Of a DNA stretch of 64,000 nucleotides, positions 1 to 9,522 are shown one piece after another. The position numbers and the translations under genes were made by a program. This DNA is from Candidatus Pacearchaeota archaeon (GTDB taxonomy: Archaea; Nanobdellota; Nanobdellia; Pacearchaeales; GW2011-AR1). The stretch lies in assembly GCA_041656875.1 (NCBI GenBank), contig JBBACR010000002.1:8084-72083 (forward strand), written 5' to 3'. The number at the start of each line of letters is the position of its first letter. The first letter of the stretch is position 1. The notes below the pieces were generated by a model. It saw only the letters and a list, made by a program, of their open reading frames with translations. It did not search any database and had not been told where the DNA came from.

Positions 1-981
1 ATAATATTCTGCTAATTGAACATACTGTTCCTTAATATCTTTAATAGTTAAATCTTTTTCTTGACCTGGATAAATCCCTACCCCATCAATACTATCTCCA
101 ACTACAAACATATATTTAATTTTTTTAAGCAGTTCTTTTTGTTCATTATCACAGCCCTCTCCACTGAGCCAAGAAATAAATCTTTCAAAATTATTTTTTA
201 AAAAATTACCACTTCCAATATGAAAATCAGAAACAAATATTGCATATTCTTCTTGCTCGCTCCTATGCTTTTCACGAACAAACGCATCTGGATAAAAAAG
301 GTCATTTACAAATAAAAAATCCTTTGTCCCACTACATTTAAATCCAATTACATCATCAAGTAGTATTTCCTTGCTTTTATTATAAATTTCTTCTCTATTT
401 TGATTTATCAATAATTTAGCTCGGTCAGTTAAATCTTCTACTTCGAGAATTAAATTTTTATTTTTAGTAATACTTTTACTTGTAACTATGCCAATTATAG
501 AAAAATTTTTATGATTATTATTTATCTTGTCTATAGAGGTCAAATTTTCAAGTTCAGTCCTTTGTTGTAATAATTCTTTTAAAAATATATATCTATTTCT
601 AAAATGTTTGATAAAATCTTTTACAGTCAATTTTTGAGATGCAAGGACTGGTGAAGAAATAACTTTTACAGGGCTTCTGACTCTTTTGAGGACATCAATC
701 GTAGTTTCTTTTTTAACTTCAACAGAAATAGAAACATTGATGAAAAACTTTTCAACAAGTCTTTTTTTATCAGAATCAAGGTCAAAAAGAATAGGTTTTA
801 TTTTTTCAAAATTCTGATTTACTAAATTTCTAGTTATTAGCTTTTGTTTTGAGACAATAGCTATTTTATTGAGTATTTCATTGGCTATATCTTCATCTTT
901 TAATTCATTTAAAAAATCTAGCATTTCCTTGTCTAGTAAAAACCCTTTCTCGATAAATAATTTTAGTATGTTGTGTTCCAT
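1..981 (-). CDS. DNA polymerase D (PolD) small subunit DP1, N-terminal ~327 aa; C-terminus lies beyond the window start
   Basis: Not in the ORF track because it runs off the window edge. My minus-strand translation from the ATG at 981-979 reads MEHNILKLFIEKGFLLDKEM... Later come FVSDFHIGS and FVVGDSIDGVGIYPGQEKDL, which are phosphoesterase motifs I/II typical of archaeal DP1. The frame is open to position 1. Confidence 0.8.
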   Translation of the reverse strand, partial: MEHNILKLFIEKGFLLDKEMLDFLNELKDEDIANEILNKIAIVSKQKLITRNLVNQNFEKIKPILFDLDSDKKRLVEKFFINVSISVEVKKETTIDVLKRVRSPVKVISSPVLASQKLTVKDFIKHFRNRYIFLKELLQQRTELENLTSIDKINNNHKNFSIIGIVTSKSITKNKNLILEVEDLTDRAKLLINQNREEIYNKSKEILLDDVIGFKCSGTKDFLFVNDLFYPDAFVREKHRSEQEEYAIFVSDFHIGSGNFLKNNFERFISWLSGEGCDNEQKELLKKIKYMFVVGDSIDGVGIYPGQEKDLTIKDIKEQYVQLAEYY

Positions 982-1029
982 TTTTACATGCTTGCATTTG
1001 TTTAGCACCCTTTAATTCTTATAAAATTT

Positions 1030-2229
1030 TTACAAACCTAAAGATTCAACTAAGATTTCTCTAGATCTTTCCATTAAATTTTCAGGAATAGCCAGTTTAA
1101 TTTCTCTAGTCCTACCGTCTCTTCCTTTACTAATTACTCTTGCATTAATTAGTCCGAGCATATCAAATTCTGCTAGAATATCACTAACCCTTCTTTGAGT
1201 AAGAACATCAATACTAACTTTCTTACATAATTCTTGATAATAAGAATAAACATCTCCAGTAAATATATCTTCCTTAGAATTCTCGATAAGTTCTAAAATA
1301 GAGTAAAGAACTAACTGAAATTGTTTAGGTTCGGTTTCAATTATTTCAAGTATCTTATCTCTTTCAATTTTATCATTTGCATGGTCAATATGTTTTATTT
1401 CAATTTTAGGGTTTGACTCTCTTTCAGCAATTTCACCTGCAACTCTAAGTAAATCAAGGGCTCTTCTTGCATCTCCATGATCTCTTGCAGCAAAAGCAGC
1501 ACATTTTGCAATAACTCCCTCTGAAACCACATCAGGTTTAAATGCTTCATGAGCTCTTTTTCTTAAAATATCTTGTAACTGCATCGCATTATATGGGGGA
1601 AAGACTATTTCTTCTTCAGACAGAGAACTTTTAACTCTTTGATCAATCATATCTAAAAATCTTAAATCATTACTTATACCGATAATAATAATCTGTACAT
1701 TTTTAAGCTCTGAATTAAGTCTAGTCAAGTTATACAAGAATTCATCCGAAATCTTTTTAACTGCTTGGTCTATTTCATCAAGTACTAAGATAAATAGCTT
1801 TTCTTCATTATTTTCTAGTATTTCAAGAAACTTTAAGTAAACTTGATCTGTAGGCAGGCCAGTTGAAGGAACACTTCCACCTAATTTTTTTATGAGTTCG
1901 GCTAAAATCCTATATTCAGTATCTGCAACTTTTTTGAGTTTGCAATTTAAATATTCTACTCGTAATAATTTAGAATCTTTAGACCTTTCAGATAATTGGT
2001 TGGCAACATGAAGTACAGAAAGAGTTTTACCAGTTCCGGTTTTCCCATAAATAAAGATGTTACTAGTTTTTTGCCCAAGTAGACTGGGTGCAAGTATAGA
2101 TGCTATTTGTTCAATTTGTTTATCTCTATGAGGAATATCTCCCGGAGAATAATTTGATTGAAGAATTTGCTTATTTTTAAAAAGACTCCTTGTACCAACA
2201 GAATCAAATATTTTGTCAAGTTCAGTCAT
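1030..2229 (-). CDS. cdc6: Orc1/Cdc6 replication initiator (AAA+ with C-terminal winged helix)
   Basis: Walker A GKTGTGKT and Walker B LVLDEID. The length (399 aa) and C-terminal wH region are typical, and the gene sits next to an AT-rich ORB-containing spacer. Confidence 0.95.
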   Translation of the reverse strand: MTELDKIFDSVGTRSLFKNKQILQSNYSPGDIPHRDKQIEQIASILAPSLLGQKTSNIFIYGKTGTGKTLSVLHVANQLSERSKDSKLLRVEYLNCKLKKVADTEYRILAELIKKLGGSVPSTGLPTDQVYLKFLEILENNEEKLFILVLDEIDQAVKKISDEFLYNLTRLNSELKNVQIIIIGISNDLRFLDMIDQRVKSSLSEEEIVFPPYNAMQLQDILRKRAHEAFKPDVVSEGVIAKCAAFAARDHGDARRALDLLRVAGEIAERESNPKIEIKHIDHANDKIERDKILEIIETEPKQFQLVLYSILELIENSKEDIFTGDVYSYYQELCKKVSIDVLTQRRVSDILAEFDMLGLINARVISKGRDGRTREIKLAIPENLMERSREILVESLGL

Positions 2230-2312
2230 CTTTTTCCTCTTTTTATAAAACTAATTTAATTAAGATAAAACAATAACTAGAGTTTATAAATATAATTATA
2301 CTTAAAGAAATA

Positions 2313-2337
2313 CTCACCCCTATTTCCTATGAAATAG
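2313..2337 (-). repeat. ORB-like box a
   Basis: Minus strand reads CTATTTCATAGGAAATAGGGGTGAG: a dyad-like TTCA-TA-GGAAA followed by a G-string. Confidence 0.6.
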
Positions 2338-2404
2338 TAATAAATTAAAGGTAAACCTTCGAGTTTTTAGTAAAATAATAAAATTTATTTAAAAAAACTC
2401 CTTA

Positions 2405-2433
2405 CCCCTCACACCTTCTTTTCTAGTGGAGAA
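2405..2433 (-). repeat. ORB-like box b
   Basis: Minus strand reads TTCTCCACTAGAAAAGAAGGTGTGAGGGG: CTCCA-CT-AGAAA with a distal GGGG. Confidence 0.5.
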
Positions 2434-2440
2434 TTATAAT

Positions 2441-2575
2441 AATCTAATGCTTATTTTTTATACAATTAATAATAAAAATCAAAATAAATAATATATATAC
2501 TATATTATATATATTATATTATATATATTATATATATATATATATTTATAAATAAAAAATAGAAAAAGAAAAGTA
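2441..2575. other. Candidate duplex unwinding element (DUE)
   Basis: About 130 nt that are almost exclusively A/T, including tatattatatatattatattatatatattatatatatatatatat. It lies between oppositely oriented ORB boxes. Confidence 0.6.
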
Positions 2576-2599
2576 ATCTTTAACTTGATTATATAAACA

Positions 2600-2628
2600 C
2601 TTCCATAAGAAATAATAGGGGGAGGGGG
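2600..2628 (+). repeat. ORB-like box c
   Basis: Plus strand reads CTTCCATAAGAAATAATAGGGGGAGGGGG: TTCCA-TA-AGAAA plus a long G-string. It is inverted relative to boxes a and b. Confidence 0.6.
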
Positions 2629-2767
2629 TAAACCTTATTTTATTTAATATATTATTACTTATTTGATTATATTTATTATTATAAGATTAATTAATTAACA
2701 ATAAATATTAATTAAAATATAAGATTTATGCTCGAGGTTTTTAATATATAAACTTACCACAGAAAAC

Positions 2768-2775
2768 TTTATAAA
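2768..2775 (+). promoter_or_regulatory. TATA box for the PRC-barrel gene (leaderless-type spacing)
   Basis: tttataaa centred about 26 nt upstream of the ATG at 2797. Confidence 0.45.
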
Positions 2776-2796
2776 GAATTTTATTATATTTAACCT

Positions 2797-3057
2797 ATGG
2801 CTATTGAAAAAAAACCACATAAAGAGATAATAAACAAGCCGGTAGTTACAAAAGAGGGCAGAAAGTTAGGTGTAATTAAAGATATAACTTTTGAGACAAG
2901 AACTGGTGAATTAATTCACATTGTTTTAAAAGACTCAACACCTTATTCAAATCAGCTTAATCTTGAAAGATCTCAGGAAAGAGAAGTATTAATACCCTAT
3001 AATTCTATAATTGCTATAGGTGATTTTGTTGTTGTTTCTGAAGAAGATTTAATTTAA
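2797..3057 (+). CDS. PRC-barrel domain protein
   Basis: 86 aa. VVTKEGRKLGVIKDITFETRTGELIHIVL and IPYNSIIAIGDFVVV resemble small archaeal PRC-barrel proteins. Confidence 0.6.
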   Translation: MAIEKKPHKEIINKPVVTKEGRKLGVIKDITFETRTGELIHIVLKDSTPYSNQLNLERSQEREVLIPYNSIIAIGDFVVVSEEDLI

Positions 3058-3201
3058 TATAAAATTAATTTTATTAATACCTTAACTTATTCATAAATGT
3101 GTTAGTGTCTTTTTATTTTATTAAACTGAATTTATATTTTTAACAGTTTAATTATACTGATTTTTAATTAAGTTTAAAAACAATCAACTCTTATACTTTA
3201 A

Positions 3202-3756
3202 ATGGAAAAAGGGGAATTTGATGAAATACAGGAATTTGAGCCTGTAGTTCGTCAAAGAAAGATTGTCAGCATAGGAAATCTGCTTTTTTCTTTCTTTATA
3301 GGATTAATTATAATCATTTTTTTTATTGCGGTAATATCTTTTCTTGCATTAGATACTCTTAACTCAGTGGTTTTAGCAACAATTTTAATAATTATTTATG
3401 CAATTGTTTTATTTTTCTTACTTGAACCTGAATTTTTAAGAGAAGTAACCAAAACAACAGTCAAAACTATTAAAAGACCTATTATTAAGGAGGTTATTGT
3501 AGAAAAACCTGTAGTCGAACAAGTAATGCATGAAACTGAAAAAACTATTTATGTAACAAACCCTAGAAAGAAATTGAATATCCCTAAATATGATTATTTA
3601 GCTTCTTCAGAAACAAGAACTTACCACAAAAAGTCTTGTAGACTCGGAAAGTTGATAAAAAAGAAATATAAAGTTTTAAATAATGACCCTAATTATTTTA
3701 TAAGAAATAAATACAAACCCTGTAAGGTCTGTATAAGGCATTTGAGAAAAGTCTAA
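3202..3756 (+). CDS. Membrane protein with C-terminal Ada-like zinc-binding motif
   Basis: Two predicted TM helices (residues ~25-75). The C-terminus YHKKSCRLGKLI...NKYKPCKVCIRH resembles the Ada metal-binding YH..C....pCk.C motif. Confidence 0.5.
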   Translation: MEKGEFDEIQEFEPVVRQRKIVSIGNLLFSFFIGLIIIIFFIAVISFLALDTLNSVVLATILIIIYAIVLFFLLEPEFLREVTKTTVKTIKRPIIKEVIVEKPVVEQVMHETEKTIYVTNPRKKLNIPKYDYLASSETRTYHKKSCRLGKLIKKKYKVLNNDPNYFIRNKYKPCKVCIRHLRKV

Positions 3757-3822
3757 TCTAAGTTAACTAATTAATTCTTATTTAATAACAATATTTAAAA
3801 ACCTAAACTTATACCTACATTT

Positions 3823-4242
3823 ATGCAAATAATAGGATTTAATCTGACAAAAATTTCAATAGAAAGGAAAGAAAAAGTAGGAGGCAATCTCCAAATTAAT
3901 CAAAGTATTGATATAAAAGATGTAGTTAAAGAAAAAGTGCCTATTTCCCAGGAAGAAGCACTTAAAATGAAGTTTCAATTTTCAATAAATTATCAAGAGG
4001 ATCTTGCAAAAGCAGAGTTTGAAGGTAATCTTATTCTTCTTCCAACAAAAGAGGAATTAAAGGACTTTTTAAGAGAATGGAAAGATAAAAAAGTCCCTAG
4101 TGAAGTAAGAATTCCTTTATTTAATTTTATAATGAACAAATGCAATATTAAAGCATTGGCTCTAGAAGATGAACTTAATCTCCCATTCCATATCCCACTC
4201 CCTAAAGTTAATCCTGAAAATAAGCCAGAGAATCAAAAATAA
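3823..4242 (+). CDS. Hypothetical protein
   Basis: 139-aa ORF with an A/T-rich TATA-like tract about 30 nt upstream. I recognise no domain. Confidence 0.5.
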   Translation: MQIIGFNLTKISIERKEKVGGNLQINQSIDIKDVVKEKVPISQEEALKMKFQFSINYQEDLAKAEFEGNLILLPTKEELKDFLREWKDKKVPSEVRIPLFNFIMNKCNIKALALEDELNLPFHIPLPKVNPENKPENQK

Positions 4243-4258
4243 TCAGCGTCTAAGAATT

Positions 4259-5083
4259 TTATTTTAACAATTTCTTTAATTTTCCAAAATTATATTCTTT
4301 TCTTTCTCGTTTATTATAAATAATTACATTAAATTTTTCTAAATTGATATCATTAATAAATAAAAACCCCTTGTCATGTTTTGACTTTTTGAGATTTTTC
4401 AAATCATAACCAAAACTAATCGGACTAAAACTTGGAATTATATAAACTTCTTTTTTTTCAAAGTTTCCTTTTAGAAAGCATTTATATTTTTCTCTTTTAT
4501 AGTTATCACAAAGGGTTATTGCAGGATGCAAGTGTCCAAGTATTAAGACTCTGCTTTTTTCAAAACAACTTTTATATAATTTATTCCCGTGCATAAAACC
4601 TATTCCCTTATATATATAGTAATCTACAAGTTTGACTTCTCTTTTTTTAGCAATAGGCCCTAGAATATTATCATGATTGCCTTTTACAAGTATAATTCTT
4701 TCATTTTCTATTTTTTTAAAGTTATTTACACTACTGTTTTTATCATTAATTTTAGTCTTTATAACTTTTTCATCTAAATAATCAAGTAACTTCAATGTTT
4801 CACTCCATTCAGCTTCACTTATCTTACTAAACTCATGTTTTAAATCCCCTAAAATAATAACTTTTTTGACTTTCTTACCTTCCATTGCTAGATTCCAGAA
4901 GATAGAGTTTAATTTTTCAATTATTTCTTTGAATTGTATTCTTGGAAATATTCCTGATTTTGTGATATTTTCTTCATAACCAATATGTAAGTCTCCGAGA
5001 ACTAATATAGAATTATCAATAAACAAAGCATCTTGTAGATATCTGATTTCTACTTTTTCAAGGGCCTTTTTACTTATTTTCAT
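4259..5083 (-). CDS. Calcineurin-like metallophosphoesterase (SbcD/Mre11-related, Lhr-associated MPE)
   Basis: Motifs LGDLHIGYE, ILGDLKHEF, KGNHDN, FMHGN and LGHLHP. The gene lies directly downstream of lhr on the same strand. Confidence 0.85.
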   Translation of the reverse strand: MKISKKALEKVEIRYLQDALFIDNSILVLGDLHIGYEENITKSGIFPRIQFKEIIEKLNSIFWNLAMEGKKVKKVIILGDLKHEFSKISEAEWSETLKLLDYLDEKVIKTKINDKNSSVNNFKKIENERIILVKGNHDNILGPIAKKREVKLVDYYIYKGIGFMHGNKLYKSCFEKSRVLILGHLHPAITLCDNYKREKYKCFLKGNFEKKEVYIIPSFSPISFGYDLKNLKKSKHDKGFLFINDINLEKFNVIIYNKRERKEYNFGKLKKLLK

Positions 5084-5156
5084 GTTTTTTGTCTAATTGT
5101 TTACTATTTGTCTGTCTTTTTATCTGTCTGTTGGAATCCAACAGTCAGTTAGACAG

Positions 5157-7811
5157 TTATTTTTCCTTTTCTTTTATTTCACGAGCAATTTCCTTATGCA
5201 TTCTTTTCATAAATTCCAGTTTATCTTCCATTTTTAAGAGGTCTGAATAGCCTTGCAATACCAAGTTCATTGCAAAAGGACTAGGTAAGTCAGTCTTAAC
5301 TTTTTCTATTTTTATTTTTCCATCATTTATTAATCTCAAAACTAGTTTTGTTTTTTCTTTGTCCATTAAGTCTTCTAAAACTTCTCTTCTAGCTTCTTTT
5401 AGTATTGGAAAATCTCGACTTATCTTATTTATAGCATTTAATAGAAAAAATGAGTTCATTTGTTGTTTTCCAACAGTTTTGCTTCTTCCCTTATAATTTC
5501 TAAGTATCATTAAGCTTCTTGCAGCACAGTGCCTAAATCTTCTTTTGAGTATTTCTGTCTTTGAAATAGCTTCTTCAAGTATTGCTTCAATATTTTCTGG
5601 CTTAAGTAACTTTAAAGCTTCATCAAGAGGCAGGTTTTCACCTGCAAAATAAAAACCATTATCATTAATACCTAGTTCAATATCTCTTCCAACTTTTTGT
5701 CCCATTAAATATCCAAGTGATCTTGATAATGCATCATTTACTCTTCTTCCATATAATGAATGAAATATAATATAATTTTTTTCACCTTTGTAGTATTCCA
5801 CTACTAACCTTTTTTCATGACTAATTTTAGAATATCTATATTGTTCATTAAAATAATTGTAGATAGCATTTGAAACTGCTGCATTAACATAACAATGTTC
5901 ACAAATAAACTCCCTGATTTCCTCTGGAGATGTTTTCTTTTCAAATTTCTCATTGAGTAAGTATCTAAATCGATTTATTTCAAGAGCCGTGTCAAAACTA
6001 AGTGGTAACATTTCACTAAACCATGAAGGGATAGTAGGATTTCTTTTAATTCCAGTCTTAACATAAGCTTTCATTCCACGCGTATACATAAATTGATATT
6101 TTTTCCCACCTAAGGCAAATACATCTCCAGGTTTCATTTTTTCAAGAAATCCCTCATCCACTACACCAACTTTTTGGTCTTTTCTTTCCCCTTCACCCAC
6201 CACAATAGTAATAAAACTTTCTTCAGGAATAGTCCCGATATTAGTAAGGTAAATAACTCTTGCAAGTTTTCCTTTTTTACCAATTTGTTTGGTCTTTGTA
6301 TCATACCATATTTTTGCATAAACATTTCTATGTTCTAAAGCATATTCTCCTGCTAAGTAAGAAATGACACTCATAAAATCATCTCTTGTTAAATTTCCAT
6401 AACAATAACTCTTTTTTATTACTTTAAGCATTTCATTAATATCCCAAGTTTTCTGAATAGCCATTCCAAATATCTGCTGAGATAAAACATCAAGACAGTT
6501 CCTTGGAATATTTATTCTATCTATCTTTTTTTCCTTACATTCTTTATTTAAAATACTACATTCAACTAAATCATCCCTGTCCAGAACAATAAATCTTCCC
6601 TTACTTGTATCATGTAATTTGTGGCCTGCTCTTCCAATTCTTTGAAGTGCTCTAGCAGAACTTTTAGGACTTCCAAGAAGTATTACTAAATCAATATAAC
6701 CAATGTCTATTCCAAGTTCAAGGCTTGTACTTGTAACCACTACTTTTAGTTCTCCTTTTCTTAGTTTTTCTTCAATTTCAAATCTATATTCTTTGCTTAG
6801 AGCAGAATGATGAGCTCCAATAACATCAATACTCTTAGTTTTAGTGGAGTTAGGGTCTTCATCAGGTATTTCTGTGATATAATTTTCAGGAAACATATCT
6901 TTTAAGTGATTTATTACTCTTTCAGTTGCAGCCCTGGTATTTGTAAATACAATAGTTGTTTTATGTTGTTGAATCAGCTTGTCTATAAGACCATACAAAG
7001 AGTTATGCATTTCCCCGGGATTAGTATCAATTAAATCTTTTACTCCTGTTAAAACTTCAATATCTAATTTTTTACTTGCAGAAACTTCAGCAATAGAGCA
7101 TTCTCTTTCCATTCCAACTAAAAAATTAGCGACTTCATCAAGGGGTGCAATTGTAGCCGATAGTCCAATTCGTACAGGAGTTATTTTACTGATATCTTCA
7201 AGCCGTTCAAGACTAATTGTCTGATAAACCCCCCTTTTATTTCCAAGAGAATGGATTTCATCAATTATAATAAATTCAACTCCATAAAAGTGTTCTATAA
7301 ACTTTTTACTTGTAAGAACAATAGCTAAGCTTTCAGGGGTTGTAACTAAAATATGCGGAGGGTTTTTTAACATTTTAGTTTTTTCTTTTGTTTCAGTATC
7401 CCCAGTTCTAAGGTTTACCCTTATCTTTTGGATTTCAATATTTTTAGACTCAGCTAGTTTGTAGATTTCTTCAAGTGGCCTTACTAAGTTAACAAAAATA
7501 TCATTATTTAACGCTTTAAGTGGACTAGTGTAAACGCAGTAAACTTTATTTTCTAATTCTTTTTTCATAGCAATATCCACCAAATAATTAAGAATCGCAA
7601 GAAAACTAGTCAAGGTCTTTCCATTTCCAGTAGGAGCAGAAATTAAAATATTCTTTCGTTCATGAACACTCATTACTCCATAGAGTTGACTTTCTGAAAA
7701 ATCAGAAAACCTACTAAAAAACCATTCTTTAACTAAAGGGTTTAAAATACTAATTATCTCTGTTGCCTTTCTTAGTTCTGCCCTAGGATATTGTTTTTTT
7801 ATAGTTTCCAT
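5157..7811 (-). CDS. lhr: Lhr-family ATP-dependent DEAD/DEAH-box helicase
   Basis: 884 aa. Walker A APTGNGKT, DEIH box, and helicase C motifs (QRIGRAGH). A long C-terminal extension typical of Lhr (DEAD/H-associated domain). Confidence 0.9.
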   Translation of the reverse strand: METIKKQYPRAELRKATEIISILNPLVKEWFFSRFSDFSESQLYGVMSVHERKNILISAPTGNGKTLTSFLAILNYLVDIAMKKELENKVYCVYTSPLKALNNDIFVNLVRPLEEIYKLAESKNIEIQKIRVNLRTGDTETKEKTKMLKNPPHILVTTPESLAIVLTSKKFIEHFYGVEFIIIDEIHSLGNKRGVYQTISLERLEDISKITPVRIGLSATIAPLDEVANFLVGMERECSIAEVSASKKLDIEVLTGVKDLIDTNPGEMHNSLYGLIDKLIQQHKTTIVFTNTRAATERVINHLKDMFPENYITEIPDEDPNSTKTKSIDVIGAHHSALSKEYRFEIEEKLRKGELKVVVTSTSLELGIDIGYIDLVILLGSPKSSARALQRIGRAGHKLHDTSKGRFIVLDRDDLVECSILNKECKEKKIDRINIPRNCLDVLSQQIFGMAIQKTWDINEMLKVIKKSYCYGNLTRDDFMSVISYLAGEYALEHRNVYAKIWYDTKTKQIGKKGKLARVIYLTNIGTIPEESFITIVVGEGERKDQKVGVVDEGFLEKMKPGDVFALGGKKYQFMYTRGMKAYVKTGIKRNPTIPSWFSEMLPLSFDTALEINRFRYLLNEKFEKKTSPEEIREFICEHCYVNAAVSNAIYNYFNEQYRYSKISHEKRLVVEYYKGEKNYIIFHSLYGRRVNDALSRSLGYLMGQKVGRDIELGINDNGFYFAGENLPLDEALKLLKPENIEAILEEAISKTEILKRRFRHCAARSLMILRNYKGRSKTVGKQQMNSFFLLNAINKISRDFPILKEARREVLEDLMDKEKTKLVLRLINDGKIKIEKVKTDLPSPFAMNLVLQGYSDLLKMEDKLEFMKRMHKEIAREIKEKEK

Positions 7812-8022
7812 ATTTTAAAGTAAACAACTTTCAAGAACTCTAAATTTTAATGTATAATTTATACTTTTTATTATATAAATTAGTCAAGATAGTCTAAAAC
7901 CGTTTTTAGTAAGACTTACTCCTGATTAAAATTGCTAACTATTGTGAAAGTACTAAATAGTTATTTTTACCAAAGCAAGAAATAACTTTTATCTTTACGT
8001 TTAAGATAGATACTATATAAAT

Positions 8023-9144
8023 CTAATTATTTTCAGTAGCTGAATTAGGTTGTAAGTCTTTATTTTCTCCTTGTCTTTTCAAATAATAAACTACTCCCCC
8101 AAAAAATACAACAAAAATGAACCCCATTATAATCCAAAGCCATAAGTTACTTTTCTTTTGAGGAATTTCGCGAGCCTTAACTTCAACACTCCAAACATAT
8201 TTTTGATTTTCAAGCCCCTCTCTGACTTCTACACTTATATTATAGGTTCCTATTTTTAGTCCTTTGAAACTATAATTTGTAACATCTTTTTTTATTAATT
8301 TTCCATCTAAGTACCACTTTATAGAATCATTTTTTGAGTTTTCAACAGAAAAAGACTTTGTCTGATTAACAAACATGCTTATTTCTTCTAGATAAGGGTT
8401 AGGATTTTCTATTACGACCTCTTCATTTGAATCATTTAATACTAAATTTTCTATAGATCCATTTCCTAAATTTTCAGAGGTATTTGTACTTATTATATTT
8501 AGGCTGCTATTTGAATTGTTAATAACAATTTCTTCATCATTTTCTTCTATAATTGGGCTGGTAAAGTCTTCCCCTATGTTTTTTTGATAATTTATATCAA
8601 TTATGGGATTATCTAGACTAAAGTTTTCATTTGCAGTCATAGTAATATTACTTCTTTCTCCAACCAAATCAATTTTTATATCTTGGGATAATACATCTTT
8701 TACAATCTCCCCAATAGTTTTACCAAAATAATCTGTAGGATTTACAACTTTCCTCAAATCTGATTCACCATTTAAACTAGCCTTATAATCTAAATATCTT
8801 ACTTCTCCACTTGGAAGAGTAACTGGATATAATACTTCAAGTTTTCCAGTAGAATTATTATACTTGACAGGCGTATCTAAAAAATGATCATTTCCATCAG
8901 AATCCGTAACTCCAAATTGTATGGTCCCGTTCTTTTCAGCGATTTTAAATTTGAACATTATTTCAGTAAATGTGTTTACAAAAGATTTCCAATCTGAAAT
9001 ACTTGAAAATTCCTTAGAATTCCATTCGCCTTTAAAATTTAAACTTGCAGAAGTATCTGCTCCAATTATTCCACCTAAATTGTAATTGAGGATTAATATT
9101 AAGAACATAAATAAAACAAGATTCTTATTCTTACTCTTTTTCAT
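8023..9144 (-). CDS. Secreted, C-terminally membrane-anchored surface protein with PKD/Ig-like domain
   Basis: N-terminal signal/TM (LVLFMFLILILNY). N-x-S/T-rich middle region. A PKD-like segment (IKWYLDGKLI...GTYNISVEV). C-terminal TM helix. Confidence 0.6.
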   Translation of the reverse strand: MKKSKNKNLVLFMFLILILNYNLGGIIGADTSASLNFKGEWNSKEFSSISDWKSFVNTFTEIMFKFKIAEKNGTIQFGVTDSDGNDHFLDTPVKYNNSTGKLEVLYPVTLPSGEVRYLDYKASLNGESDLRKVVNPTDYFGKTIGEIVKDVLSQDIKIDLVGERSNITMTANENFSLDNPIIDINYQKNIGEDFTSPIIEENDEEIVINNSNSSLNIISTNTSENLGNGSIENLVLNDSNEEVVIENPNPYLEEISMFVNQTKSFSVENSKNDSIKWYLDGKLIKKDVTNYSFKGLKIGTYNISVEVREGLENQKYVWSVEVKAREIPQKKSNLWLWIIMGFIFVVFFGGVVYYLKRQGENKDLQPNSATENN

Positions 9145-9194
9145 TAAAAAATTAGGTTAACAACCTTTAAAAAGTTATTCGGTTTTATTATTTT

Positions 9195-9461
9195 ATGAGA
9201 CTTAGTAAAGATAAAAAAGATAAGATAGCTGAACAGATTCTTTCATTCTTATATCATAGTTTTCCTACTGAACCATTTACTGCAGAAATTGCAAGAGAAG
9301 TAGTAAGAGATGAGGAATTTATCAAAAGGATCCTATTTGAATTAAAGGATAAAAACCTAGTCCTTGCTATAAGAAAAAATAACAAAGGGGACCTATTCTC
9401 AAGGAGACTTAAATGGAGACTTTCAAATAAAGTCTATGATGCCTATAGGTCAAGGCAGTAA
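9195..9461 (+). CDS. Small winged-helix-like protein
   Basis: 88 aa. The helix-rich IAEQILSFLYHS...FIKRILFELKDKNLVLAIRKN pattern resembles a small wHTH. The assignment is weak. Confidence 0.4.
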   Translation: MRLSKDKKDKIAEQILSFLYHSFPTEPFTAEIAREVVRDEEFIKRILFELKDKNLVLAIRKNNKGDLFSRRLKWRLSNKVYDAYRSRQ

Positions 9462-9491
9462 TCTTATTTAATATCTTTTTATTTACATAAA

Positions 9492-9502
9492 TCTATATAA
9501 AA
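9492..9502 (+). promoter_or_regulatory. TATA box
   Basis: tctatataaaa centred about 26 nt upstream of the ATG at 9523. Confidence 0.45.
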
Positions 9503-9522
9503 CTCTTTTCCTGCCATAACTT

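Larger units (their letters stand above)
2230..2796. promoter_or_regulatory. Predicted chromosomal replication origin (oriC)
   Basis: 567-nt non-coding spacer beside orc1/cdc6. Three ORB-like boxes in inverted arrangement flank a pure A/T block containing (TA)n. Confidence 0.7.

Noticed and set aside
6979-7224. Antisense or overlapping ORFs inside long genes. Examples: 6979..7224, 11319..11507, 15580..15774, 15683..15865, 20882..21100, 21855..22253, 27389..27610, 28252..28461, 31179..31529, 33097..33462, 34618..34935, 38522..38806, 42906..43181, 45334..45579, 48396..48731, 53026..53352, 57299..57640, 60581..61899
   Set aside because: All lie within, and opposite or out of frame to, confidently assigned genes. 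Their translations are low-complexity (S/F/L/I-rich) and they lack promoter context. They are typical shadow ORFs of an AT-rich genome.
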